64,000 nucleotides of DNA from Octopus sinensis (GCF_006345805.1 NC_043008.1:47554001-47618000); one strand, 5' to 3'; numbered from the stretch's first letter, positions 1 through 12,555 are shown. The notes: generated by a model not told the origin, from the sequence alone. Made by a program: numbers and translations.

Positions 1-42
1 TGTTTGTATGTGTACGCACACACACACACGTACATACATCTA

Positions 43-99
<57 letters not shown>

Positions 100-2483
100 T
101 AGAATGTATGTGTATAGTTATAAACGGGTGGCTCAGACTTGTGTGGTTATTTGAAACGCCATTTCACAAATTTAAAATATATTAACTCTTACATGCATTT
201 CCGGAAACTTATAAATTTCCATTTCCTGAGACCATTTCATCTCCAACTGACCGATATAATACTAATCTCGTGTAAGTAATATTAGAAAGACCCTCTCGCC
301 ACCACCACCACCGCCACTTTAGTGACACGTCGAAATGACATATCGGTTAACTGGATAGAAACTGATCTCCTACAGAAGAATTTCGTGCTTTCCGGGCAGC
401 ACATAAGTAATCAATTATTCATAGATTTGTTACACAGTAGATAACAACAACTACAGGATGTATTGATATTGAAGAATTTGCTAGATTACTTTAATCAATC
501 CATGAAATATTGAATATAAATTACCTTTTATCATATGCAATTGCCAAATCTCATGTATACCGCAGATTTTCATTCGGCTTGCTCTACAATTAGTCTGGCA
601 GGTTGTAGGAAAGCAATGTCGGGTACAGGATTAAGGCGATATATATATATTATTCTCTGTCAAATATGTTCATAGAATTCTCTTGTTTATTGATCAAAGC
701 TCGGAGCATAGTACTTCTCTTTCATCTTAAATACAATTCATTAATTATCGATTTCATGATGGTAACACAACCGAATATTCTCTAGTGTCATGCAAATCTG
801 CAGCCTTCAGCTAATTAGCTTCGACAAAATGTTTTTCAAAATATCCGAAACGGCAACGTTCTACTAAAATTATCAGTTTTAACGTTGCTCTATCTTAATG
901 CAATATGAACATTTTGTATAAAACCATAAAATTTTAGAACTAAAAATCATACGAGCCAAATACTGACTGCAGTTATACCCTGGCCCCTTATGAATGGAAG
1001 GGCGCGGTTATGGTGCTAGGGCCAAGGGATCTGAGGGAAAACGAGATCCTCGCGGATGAAAGGTATACTCATCACAGGTTGATAACCAAGGCCGAAACAA
1101 TAACAAAAAGAGATAGGCCCCCTCCCCGGGGTCAAATGGGAATAACTTTCTAATTTGAGTCAATAAAACAGAAAAACAAAGGGATATTTCTGTTAATAGA
1201 CATTTATCAGTAGCGTTTACTGAATACATCACAAACTAAATTTTCTCTAAAGTGTTTTTCTACATTTTACGAAAGTGTCTCCAATGGGAGTTTGAAAAAA
1301 TAAATAGGATTGGTTTCCCATAAAAGGTTTTCCTGAGATAATATAACAGAGTTTCAATTTACGTTTACGATCTCTAAGCAATTTTGCAGAAGAAAAATAA
1401 AAGCTGCAATAACAGTTTATCTAAAATAGGTTTCGAATGAAACTTCAGCTGAAAACTGCAAAGCATGTCATATTTCCTATGAGTCACAAGGAAACAATAT
1501 CACGGTTTGGTAATGCAAGTGATGTGAATTCTAAACGGCGTCCTCATTGACGTTTTGACCAAGGTAGCCTTTTGAATTGAATTAGGAAATATAATTAAGT
1601 CACGCAGTTCCTGTTGGTCTTGTGATTCGTAGATTACAACACATAAATATGTGCAATTTTGCTACAAATAAGTAGGTTCTCAATCAGTTTCAAATTCACA
1701 TTGAATGTTGTGGAAGTTTCTAGATTTCAGAATGAAATCATTTCCATTATCCAATAAAATTGTTTCATCTGTATTAATTTTAGTTACAAGTATTAATTAT
1801 ACGAATTAAGACTGATATTCGTAATAATTTAATGCATCTCTTTGTCGAAATACGAACAAGTTAAAGAGGTTTATAGCTATCAGGGTAGGTTACGAGTACT
1901 GAACGTCCGTTTAAGATGAAAATTGTTAGAGAAACATGCAGACTATTCTCTTGCTACATTGGTTAACTCATTACAATCTGAAGTTTTTAAAAATTATTTT
2001 AGTTCAACTATTCTGAAATTGACCTGTATTCAATATTTTCCTCGCACACACATTATAATATCGATTGTGTAAATTTGGTTCAACATAGTAACAATGTGGA
2101 CCAAGTGTGGAATCATTGTAAACTTTCCAGGCAGTTATGAATTTTATTCGCTTTTTAGAGTGAAGTGGCTGGAAAATTAACATTGTGCAATTATGATCCC
2201 ATTACGTAAAACATTTTTAGTTGGGAATTTTTATATTAGAAAAATATATTTAAGGTAGGATATTTGAATAAATCCCTGAGAATAACAAGAGACATGGTTG
2301 ACAAAACAGGTTTCTGGTAATCCTGACCAGTTGCTGAGGCTGTACACAATACATAATGACGAAAAGCTATCATACATGTAATGAAGACATTTACTCCATA
2401 TATATGTATGCATGTATGTATGTATGTATATACATATGTTTGTATGTATGTATGCATATATGTATGTATATATGTGTGTGTAT

Positions 2484-2514
<31 letters not shown>

Positions 2515-2663
2515 CAAAACGCAATAAAGATTCAAGTTAATTCAAATGAATTTACTTGAATATGGTACCTAACTTAGATGCACCAAAAAAAACTATACTG
2601 TTTTAACAATACAGTAATGTGGGGTGATTATAAGCGAGAAAGAAGCAACAAGAATGGATAGGT

Positions 2664-2754
2664 TTTTAGTACAATCGTTTCATACAAGGGCAGGCTTTAT
2701 TAAATGTTGCAAAAATTACAGCATATAAACGTGTCCCGTACTCATCAGCTAAAA
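2664..2754 (-). ncRNA. Hammerhead-ribozyme-like motif, family A (copy A1)
   Basis: Minus strand reads TTTTAG-CTGATGA-GTAC...GTAT-GAAAC-gatt-GTA-CTAAAA. Confidence 0.75.
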
Positions 2755-2854
2755 TACATGTGAGTTCTCTAGACATCCTAGTGGTTGAGGCTATACTCAT
2801 GAAGTAATGTAGATAATTAAGTAACATAAACAGATTTCCAAAGTTCATTAAAGT

Positions 2855-4150
2855 ATAGAGTTGATTACGATATTTATAGAAAATTAATTAGGAAGGAACT
2901 AAACTCCAAATATAAAATTACGACTAAGAACAATTTGAAAAAAGTAAACCTGGAGATGAAAGAGATCATGGAGAAACCAAATTTAACGGATAGAACAGAG
3001 CCACTTAAACCGTGTGAGCCCAGGATCAACCTTAAAGACCACAAAAATGATTTCTTGGAAAACCCTTCGGTAAGGCTGATCTGTCCAACTAAGTCGGACA
3101 TTGGCCGACTTAGTAAATCTATCCTGGATACTGTTCTACCCCAAATAACCCCTCTTCTCCCCTTAAACCTATGGCTAAGTACGGACGAAGTTCTAAAATG
3201 GTTTAACTCTCTAACTAATACTAGTAGTCTGTCCTTTATTCAGTTCGATATTAATAGTTATTACTCTAGTATTTCCCCTATCTTACTCAACAAATCACTA
3301 ATATTTGCCATGAATCGCTCCCTCATATCTAGAGAAGAAATCAATATTGTGCTACTAGCTAGGAAGACATTGTTCTACCCCAAATAACCCCTCTTCTCCC
3401 CTTAAACCTATGGCTAAGTACGGACGAAGTTCTAAAATGGTTTAACTCTCTAACTAATACTAGTAGTCTGTCCTTTATTCAGTTCGATATTAATAGTTAT
3501 TACTCTAGTATTTCCCCTATCTTACTCAAGCAAATCACTAATATTTGCCATGAATCGCTCCCTCATATCTAGAGAAGAAATCAATATTGTGCTACTAGCT
3601 AGGAAGACATTTATAGAATTTGAAGATAAATTATGGACTAGAGCAGATACACCTAATATTTTGATATACCAATGGGTTCCAGTGATTCGGCTGAGGTAAC
3701 CAACCTAGTAGGCGCATATCTATTAAAATGCATAAGCAAGGATATCCCAGAAATACAGGGGGGTCTATAAGGGATGATGCTCTGTTTGTTATCCTAGTAA
3801 TAATAAATCTGTTATAGAAAGGATTAAAAGAAAATTAATAAGTTCTTTAAGGATTTCAACCTCAGTATAACGTATGAACCGGGCACTAAAATAGTTAACT
3901 TCCTAGATATTACGCTAGACCTTAACTCCAAGCTGCATTACCCATTTAGAAAGGAAGGCGAAATCACGAATTACGTAAATAAATTATCAAATCATCCCCC
4001 AAATATAATGAATCTTTAGTAAGAAATATTCATTAAGAATTTCAAAATTATCATCCAATAAGGATATATTTAACTCCCATTCTGAGCATTATAATGAGGC
4101 GTTAACTAAGGCTGGATACAACCAAAAGATTACATTCGTTGATAAGGAGA
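2855..4150 (+). pseudogene. PLE reverse transcriptase region (frameshifted, internal 239-bp duplication)
   Basis: Translates to INLKDHKNDF..NPSVRLICPTKSDIGRLSK, FIQFDINSYYSSIS, (F)DIPMGSSDSAEVTNLVG, GLY(R)DD, VNFLDITLDL and NKLSNHPPN. These match the recalled PLE RT signatures KSEIGxxSK / FDVTMGSYDGAEVCELVG / GLYRDDGL / VNFLDV. Confidence 0.88.
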
Positions 4151-5135
4151 ACTCACGTATTCCTAATGAAGAAGTTATCAGCAATCACGTAAGCAGCAAT
4201 ACAGACAAGCCCGAAATAAAAGTAGAATTAAATTAACGGTAAATGCTAATCTAACGTACAGGCCCAACAATTCAAATAGAAGCATTGACCAGAACATAGG
4301 TAACTCGGATAATATCGAAGTAGATAAACCTAAGATGCACACAAATATAAATAAAAATAATGGTAATAAATACAATAACTCCGGCGAGATGAATAGTATA
4401 ATTCTACGAACCCTAAATTTAATAAAAAAGATATATTATGGCTGAATATTCCTTTCAACTGTGCGATAATCGGATATACAGAACAAATTCAAAGTAATTC
4501 TGGAAAAAAATTTCCCTATCTCTCATAGATATCATAGAATTATTCTAGGAAAACAGTTAGGATTTCTTATTCAACCCTCCCAAATATGTCCACTTTAATA
4601 GCTAAGATTATAATAACACATTAAACTAGCCAGGAAAGATAGAAATATAAATAATAATATCAGCATGATACCAATAGCAATTATAATAATACTACCAACA
4701 ATAAAAACAGCAATAGTAACTATCAAAACATAGGTGAATTAGTAACCACAGAAAGACTAACATTAACATTAAGAGTAATAATAACAATGCCGATATTAAT
4801 AGAAGTAATAATGTTAATAATAGAAATAATAGAAATAAGGCTAATGGAGAAAATAAGGAGAATGAAAAATCAGTGATATCTATAACAACAATATGCAGTC
4901 GGATAAAAAGACTAACAATAATAGTAGCATTACCAATAATATAAGAAATCATGGTAGGACTTAGACCTAAATGATGAAACAGAAGGATCAATAAATAATA
5001 GCATACTTTAGATATCAGCACCAACTATAGAAATATTATAACAATAAGGACAATTATACTCATGATAATCAAAATAATAGGAACCTAAGACATCTACCCA
5101 AGAATAATCCAAAACCTGAAGTTGTTCCTCCTGTG

Positions 5136-5554
5136 TGTAAGTGTAGAATAAAATCAAAATGCCCGGCACCTGGTCTATGCGGAGAAAATAATGTAATCTA
5201 TAAATGTACCATATCCACGGAGAATAACAAATATTTTACATTGGATGTACAATTCATTTTCTAGCCAGAGTTAGAATCACATCTCGTCTTTTAAATTACG
5301 TCATAAAGCTGGTACCACCACACTTTCAAACAAAATCTGGGAACTCAAAAATAATAATAATAATTATAACTTAATTGGGAAATAGTTAGGAGAGCAATTC
5401 CGTAAAAAATAGTAGGGTTGGTTGCCCACTATGCTCCATGGAGACGTATGAAATTCTAAAGCACAGAAAACATAGAAACTTATTGAATAACCATATCGAA
5501 CTAGGTCAAGTTTGTGTCCACGCTAAATTGAAGACTTTAAAATATTTTAAATGA
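5136..5554 (+). pseudogene. PLE CxC linker + GIY-YIG endonuclease (frameshifted)
   Basis: Reads CKCRIKSKCPAPGLCGENNVIYKC...FYIGCT...R(N)HISSF...TTLSNKIWELK...GCPLCSMETYEIL...LLNNHIELGQVCVH, with TGA at 5552-5554. Several single-base frameshifts must be repaired to read it through. Confidence 0.85.
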
Positions 5555-7002
5555 TTAGAATATTCGTAACTAGATAGATAGATATAACTTGATTTTTACT
5601 AGTATAGCACTGCTTTAAGTAGATAACTAAGAGTTCTCACGCTACAGTTATTTTTCCTTATATCTGCATCAGTTTTTTGAGATCAGGGAAATGAATAGTA
5701 CTTATACGCTGCTTAATTGAGGCTTTATTTAATTTCAAACTCATAATTTTAAATCTTAATTTTAAATCTTAATTGTAATTTTAATTTTAATTCTTAACTT
5801 AATCTAATTTAAGTAGCATAACTTTAATAAAATAAAATGAGTTACTAAAGCCCCATAATTCTATTTCAAAATTAAATAAATAAGGCTACTCCCTCGGTGA
5901 TAATATGATTATCTTCATTATGATAGACAATTCCCTAACACCTTGTAAATGATCTTCTAAGATTTGACCTGTAGTCCGTCAATGTATGAATAATAACGGC
6001 AACTCCTTAAGACAACAAAATGAATAAATTAAAAAATAAATTTTAATGACTTTTTGATAAGATTATACTTAGATTTTCCTAATGTATTTTCTTTTGATTT
6101 TAGCCTCTGACTCCTAAACCCCTGACCGTGTTATCTCTTTAGATTCCCTTAAATTCATAGCTGATTTCAACAGCAATAAATTAGCTGTTTTACTGGTCAA
6201 AGAATAATATTCTCCTCTAGTTCCTAGATGCCTGTAAATTAAAACCAGACTTGCCGTCTACTAATTCTTCTGTATAACTAGAACCCTCTTTTTTTTTTTT
6301 CTTTTTTTTTTTTTTTTCCCTATTTCTTTCTCTTTTCTTTCTTTTTCTTTTTTTCTTTTTCTTCTTTTCTCTTTTCTTTTTCTTCTTCTCTTTTAGTCCC
6401 CCCCCTTTTTGCTCCTCCTCCCTTTTTTTCTCTCTTTCTTTTCTTCCTTCCCTTTTCTGTTCTTTGCATCTCTAGTAAGCCCTTCAGCCTTTAAAAGTTA
6501 AATAGCTACAGCCTCTTGTAAATAGCAGTAATGTGATTAATGTGGCAAATACCTAATCATATAACAAGAATTGATACCTACCTCATTGTGTTCAACCACT
6601 GATAAATTTATCGCCTGTGAATATGAAATTCCTCTTCATTTCTCTGGAACTTTACATCTACACCATTGGAAATTGTGCATCTATACAAAGGATTAATTCA
6701 CCCTCTCTGTAATGCTAATAAGCAGGAATTGAGACCCACCTCGTTGTGATTAACAATGGATAAATTTGTCGTCTGTGAGTATGTAATCCCTCCTCATATC
6801 TCTGGAAATTCATATGTGCACTATGGATTAGGTCACCTTCTCTGTGATGTTATTAAAACTTTTTTAAAATTCTGTGATAAGACTGTACATCATCTTTAAA
6901 GAACTTTAATGAACTTTGGAAATCTGTTTATGTTACTTAATTATCTACATTACTTCATGAGTATAGCCTCAACCACTAGGATGTCTAGAGAACTCACATG
7001 TA

Positions 7003-7093
7003 TTTTAGCTGATGAGTACGGGACACGTTTATATGCTGTAATTTTTGCAACATTTAATAAAGCCTGTCCTTGTATGAAACGATTGTACTAAAA
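7003..7093 (+). ncRNA. Hammerhead-ribozyme-like motif, family A (copy A2)
   Basis: Stem I TTTTAG/CTAAAA; core CTGATGA 7009-7015; long stem II (GTAC..GGGACA..TGTCCT..GTAT); GAAAC 7076-7080; GTA triplet 7085-7087. Confidence 0.78.
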
Positions 7094-7143
7094 ACCTATC
7101 CATTCTTGTTGCTTCTTTCTCGCGTATATATATATATATATAT

Positions 7144-7280
7144 CTGTGTCCCTTTCTGTAGAAGAGCGTAGGCTCGAAACGTAAAAGACTTTTTCAATTC
7201 CTGAGCGTTATACTAATACATCTGTTTGTTTTGTACACCACCTGTCTTCGTCTTTTGTTTTTTTCGTGAACTCACCCTAT
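7144..7280 (+). mobile_element. Short PLE-derived interspersed repeat, family B, with hammerhead-like motif at 7152-7187
   Basis: Contains CTTT-CTGTAGA-A-GAGC-gtag-GCTC-GAAAC-GTA-AAAG. Homologous copies occur at 12646-12800 and 63126-63290. Confidence 0.7.
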
Positions 7281-7285
7281 ATTTA

Positions 7286-7517
7286 TATATATTCGTGTAA
7301 CATCGCCCGTTTTTCCGTCCTTGTTTCGTATACATTCGAAGCTTTTTTCCAAGGAATCTAATGCTCTTAGCTTAGTTTTTCCTTGGGGCTGGCCGGATTG
7401 GAGCAATTTCAAGATTAATCAGCCAAAATTGCGAGGATGATCCGGTTCTTGACTGAAGATTGAAGGCTTCGAATGACCCGTCTGTGTGTTTTGTATCGTC
7501 TTCTGAATGTTTTGCGT
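7286..7517 (+). repeat. Interspersed repeat family E (copy 1), unclassified
   Basis: Clear homology to 9262-9475 (gtccttgtttcgtataca...ctcttagcttagtt...gattggagcaatttcaag...atgaccc). Confidence 0.7.
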
Positions 7518-8384
7518 ATATATATATATATATAAATCCTTAAAATACTTTAAAATGTTTTAGCCCGAAGGCCGCGGCCATGCTGGGGCACCACCGCTGT
7601 ATATATATTCATTTAAAGATAGTAGTCCCCTTATATATATATAAATAAGTACACTCGCTCGTACAAACGCACACACACACTGTGTGTACGCAGCCTTATA
7701 TCTGTGTCTACCTGTTATATATTCATACATTCATGTGTGTTGCGGTTTTTCGTATATTCCTAAAGGAACGCATCGTTATATGCCATTGTGATTGTTTCCA
7801 ACTTTACATATAAATAGATTTATAGAAAGTTGTTTTATTTTCAGAAAACAAAGTTAGCAAAATAAATGATAACAATTTTGATAACTTACATCTGATTATA
7901 TTCATGTTTTTTTTTTTTTATGAGGTTATCATATTCTATTACAAAAACAAACAAAAAAAACCAAAGCAAAACCTATTTCGTATTCTGAAGCGAAATAGAG
8001 TTCAGGTATTGATGAAATAAATTAAATATGACACAAAATGGGTTTTATCTAAATATACGGGAAACCATGTTGAATAGAGATTCGCCTAGCATAATCCGTT
8101 CGTAATACAACTAGAAATTAATTTATTGATTCCAAGGAATGGACATGCACCCATTCCGGTCAAAGTTCAAACTTGTACGGCGGTGCTGATGTTTTAGTGT
8201 CGCTGGCATATATTCCAGTGTCCCGAAGTGACCTAATATACTTTAAAAAGGACCCTCGAGAAAGAGATAATTAATATCTGACACATGTCATATATATATA
8301 TATATATATATATATCATATCTCTTATCTTTTACTGGTTTCAGCCCAGGGCTGAGGTCATGATGGTGCACCACATGTATATATG

Positions 8385-8433
<49 letters not shown>

Positions 8434-8467
8434 ATATGTATATATAATATATATATATATATGTATG

Positions 8468-8542
<75 letters not shown>

Positions 8543-8548
8543 ATATAT

Positions 8549-8635
<87 letters not shown>

Positions 8636-8918
8636 GTAAGATCGTAAGAACGTACCGATACAAGGATTTGAAGGCAGAAAGAAAACTTACAGAGTTCCTC
8701 TAATGTACAAATAAATAAAAGCAAAACCTATTTCGAGTGGTTGTTTTAGTTTGAAGTTGAAAGCAATCGCAAAAATTTATTTTTCTTTATGACTTATAAT
8801 ATTGATATGAAATATCATTTGAGTGGATACAACACAAGGAAAATTGAATATTTATCAATAGACGCAATTTAGAGACACCAAAAAAAAAAATCAAAAACAA
8901 TCTTTGAAACTTCCATGC

Positions 8919-8956
<38 letters not shown>

Positions 8957-9096
8957 ATGTCTGTGTGTGTGTCTGTGTGTCTGTGTGTATGCGTACGTGT
9001 GTGTATGCGTGTGTGTGTGTGTGTCAGTGTACGTCTGTGTGTGTATGTATGTATAGATTACATTATGTTCCATTATACGATATTATAGTATACATA

Positions 9097-9257
9097 GGCG
9101 CAGGAGTGGCTGTGTGGTAAGGTGCTTGCTTAGCAACCACATGGTTCCGGGTTCAGTCCCACCGCGTGGCGCCTTGGGAAAGTGCCTTCTGCTATAGCCC
9201 CGAGCCGGCCAAAGCCTTGTGCGTGGATTTGGTACTCGGAAACTGAAAGAAGCCCGT
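9097..9257 (+). mobile_element. tRNA-derived SINE, family 1 (head + core)
   Basis: A-box-like TGGCTGTGTGG and B-box-like GGTTCAGTCCC, followed by the core ccttgggaaagtgccttctgctatagcc...ggaaactgaaagaagcccgt shared with the 57487 and 36369 copies. Confidence 0.8.
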
Positions 9258-9261
9258 ATTA

Positions 9262-9475
9262 CCATTTCTCCTTTTTTTTCGTCCTTGTTTTCGTATACAA
9301 CCGCTTCTCTCTTCCAAGGGATCAAGTGCTCTTAGCTTAGTTATTCCTTTGGACTGGCCAGATTGGAGCAATTTCAAGTATAACCAGGCGAAATTGCAAA
9401 GATAATCTGGAATTCGACTAAGGAAAGAAAAATTCAAATGACCCCTCCGTGTTTTTCCTTTTTACTGTATTCCTT
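9262..9475 (+). repeat. Interspersed repeat family E (copy 2)
   Basis: Homologous to 7286-7517. Confidence 0.7.
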
Positions 9476-9563
9476 TTTACATACATATAGCGGCGTACCT
9501 GCACTTTGGTCTCTTATATATAAGTACACATATATATATATGTGTGTTTATATATATGTATAT

Positions 9564-9614
<51 letters not shown>

Positions 9615-9999
9615 GTATATATATGTATATAAACGCGTGAGGGTGAGGTGTACACATATGAACGTGTGTGTGTGCATATATAAAGCGTATTGTCACTGAC
9701 TTAGAAGTTTCGGCCAACTTAGGGGTTTGGGGATTGGGGTGCATTTCATTTCAATTTGGCTTTATGTAGTCTCTGTTAAGCCCAAAGTTTTTAGAATATC
9801 CTGAGCTCTGTTGAATATAATATGTATGATAGGTTGCGATGACCAGTTATTATGGAGAATTCTTATTGATAAGATTAAGGTATGTTGAACTTTATCATTA
9901 AGCGTGTATATTCACGTCATAGGTTTTCACAATACAATATAGTTAGGGTGTTGATCAGAGAGAGATGCCAACAGACCGACAGACAGACCGACTGACAGT

Positions 10000-10298
<299 letters not shown>

Positions 10299-11739
10299 CT
10301 TAGTTAAGATATCTTAGTTAAGATACATTTGAACATGTATAAATGCATTTCACTTATGCAATTTAACGAGATATAATATCGAAATGTTTCATGCATAAAG
10401 AATTTCTACGTGTTCTATAAATCTATTAGATTTGGAAGCAATATGTTTCTAAAGTAACATCTTAACGCAATATAAGAGGACAACTGCTATGAAATAGATC
10501 GATATACACTCTTACTCTAAAGGGAGAGCCGTATCTTCATTGACTTTGATCGTAAGTTTGTGCCATCAGAGTTGACTCGGGGTTAAACAAAAATCCGCAA
10601 ATACAACAACCGAAAAACACAACGTTTTCACATTAAACTCATTTTACATGGATTTATTTATGAGTGCAAAGGTAAGGTTTTTTTTTCATTCCTAGCCTTT
10701 TATTTCCTGGCATTAAGGGTTTCTGAAAACTTTTCTCCCTAAAACGATGTTGTCGTGGTTTATTTAACTTTGCTCTATCTCCAATTCATCTTGGTATTAC
10801 ATCACAAATAACCCATTTGCTATCATCGTTCAATGGTAATTGATATTTCGAAGCCTCTATCTTATGTATAACACAGCAATATCCGGTGTCATAAAACAGG
10901 AAGATATTATTTAAATAACTTTAGTAGTCATTCACCGAGACTGTTACGTGTGCATTAATCATTCCCAAGCACATATCGCTTCGACTTTGAAAGTTTTTAC
11001 AAACCTTATAGGAAGATATACATAAAATTTAAAAAAAACAAAGAATATACGACACTAAATTTTAATCATCGTAAAGTATGGAGAACATAGAGGGGAAGAA
11101 AATTATTGCACACATTTATCTTTGGTTGTGTATCCTTTAATAAATGTTTTTCAGTCGTGTTTTGTTTTTTAGTGTAATATAAAAGAAAACCTTTTAGGTG
11201 CCGGGTTAAATTTCAATACAGCCCACAATCATTCGAAACATTGCGGAAGTACTTAGCGATGGAGTCCATGGCTCGATTGATTTTTATATATTTATATGTT
11301 ATAAATGCTGAGGTAGTTACAGTGTTTCTTTGCGTATACTTGAATGTGTATATTATGAAAACCAAAATGAAAAGATAAATATATGTAGTAAAAGAGAAAA
11401 CGGAGAGAAAAGGAAGAAATATAGAGAAGGAGAAAGTATGAGAGGGAATACAAGAAACAGCAGCAGAGCAGGGTTCAAAACCAGATGGAATTATAGAAAG
11501 ATGTAAAGGAAGGAAGGTGTACATGACAGGTTACTGAGAGCATCTTTTGTTTATTATTTCATGTTCAGCTGTCCAAACATATGTTTTAATATCAGTCATA
11601 TATAACAGATATAGTCTAGTAATAATCGGTCATAGTAAATGATTATATAGGCCGTAAGTACACTCGTACATAAATACACACACACACACACATGTATCAA
11701 ATATTATTCGAATACATACATGCATATATATGTACATAT

Positions 11740-11785
<46 letters not shown>

Positions 11786-11811
11786 TATATATTATATATA
11801 TATATAATATG

Positions 11812-11903
<92 letters not shown>

Positions 11904-11934
11904 CAAAATAAGCAACAAGAAAGACTCTGGTAAT

Positions 11935-12016
11935 TTGGTACAATCGTTTCGTACTACATCATTTTATTAAATGTTGTATTACAACAGATTTAAGATGCTG
12001 AGTACTCATCAGCCAA
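11935..12016 (-). ncRNA. Hammerhead-ribozyme-like motif, family A (copy A3)
   Basis: Minus strand reads TTGG-CTGATGA-GTACT...AGTAC-GAAAC-gatt-GTA-CCAA. Confidence 0.75.
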
Positions 12017-12271
12017 TTATAGAGGTTTTCCATTAATACAAAAGTGTTCAAATCAAGTGGCAACATTATAGAGAAGGTAGATATACAGACAAAGATGTAG
12101 ATTTACAATTTAAGAACATATGAGGTAGTGAAGTGGAGGTAGTCAGTGGTTGGACTTCACTACCTCATATGTTCTTAAATTTTAAATCAACATCAGTGTC
12201 TGTATATCTACCTTCTCTATAATGTTGCCACTTGATTTGAAAACTTTTGTATTAATGGAAAACCTCTATAG

Positions 12272-12357
12272 TTGGCTGATGAGTACTCAGCATCTTAAAT
12301 ATGTTGTAATACTTACAACATTTAATAAAATGATGTAGTACGAAACGATTGTACCAA
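12272..12357 (+). ncRNA. Hammerhead-ribozyme-like motif, family A (copy A4)
   Basis: TTGG (12272); CTGATGA (12276-82); GTACT..ATGTTGTAA-tac-TTACAACAT..AGTAC; GAAAC (12342-46); gatt; GTA (12351-53); CCAA. Confidence 0.8.
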
Positions 12358-12485
12358 ATTACCGGAGTCATTCTTGTTGCTTATTTTGATTATAATCACC
12401 CCACAAATTTTTATGGATAGCACCATACAAAATTCTGGTGCATCTAAATTAAGTACCATATTCGTTTGAATCTAAATTTTTGCTG

Positions 12486-12551
<66 letters not shown>

Positions 12552-12555
12552 GTAC

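Larger units (their letters stand above)
2558..7123 (+). mobile_element. Penelope-like retroelement (PLE), 5'-truncated, C-terminal GIY-YIG type (motif pattern recalls the Nematis-like clade), with an inverted copy of its 3' end at the left
   Basis: RT and GIY-YIG motifs lie in 2855-5554. 2634-2854 is the reverse complement of 6903-7123 (1 mismatch seen). The left copy has an extra ~75-nt tail ending at GAATATGGTAC (2558). Both ends lie next to (TA)n/(TATG)n. Clade assignment needs a phylogeny. Confidence 0.9.
11901..12463. mobile_element. Fold-back non-coding PLE end (family A): ~235-bp inverted arms, 19-nt spacer, ~72-nt one-sided tail
   Basis: 11901-12134 is the reverse complement of 12154-12391 with a few mismatches/indels. 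The tail 12392-12463 ends GTACCATATTC, like 2558-2633 (rc) and 20404-20496. It is inserted in (TA)n. Confidence 0.88.

Noticed and set aside
5136-5554. Selenocysteine recoding as reported for some PLE clades
   Set aside because: Conserved Cys positions are ordinary TGT/TGC codons.
7449-7485. CTGAAGA in family E repeat as a hammerhead
   Set aside because: No convincing stem II/GAAA/stem I arrangement, and the second copy does not conserve it.
12121-12167. TGAGGTAG let-7-like seed in a hairpin
   Set aside because: Only the seed matches; the rest differs from let-7 and the hairpin is the centre of a PLE fold-back.
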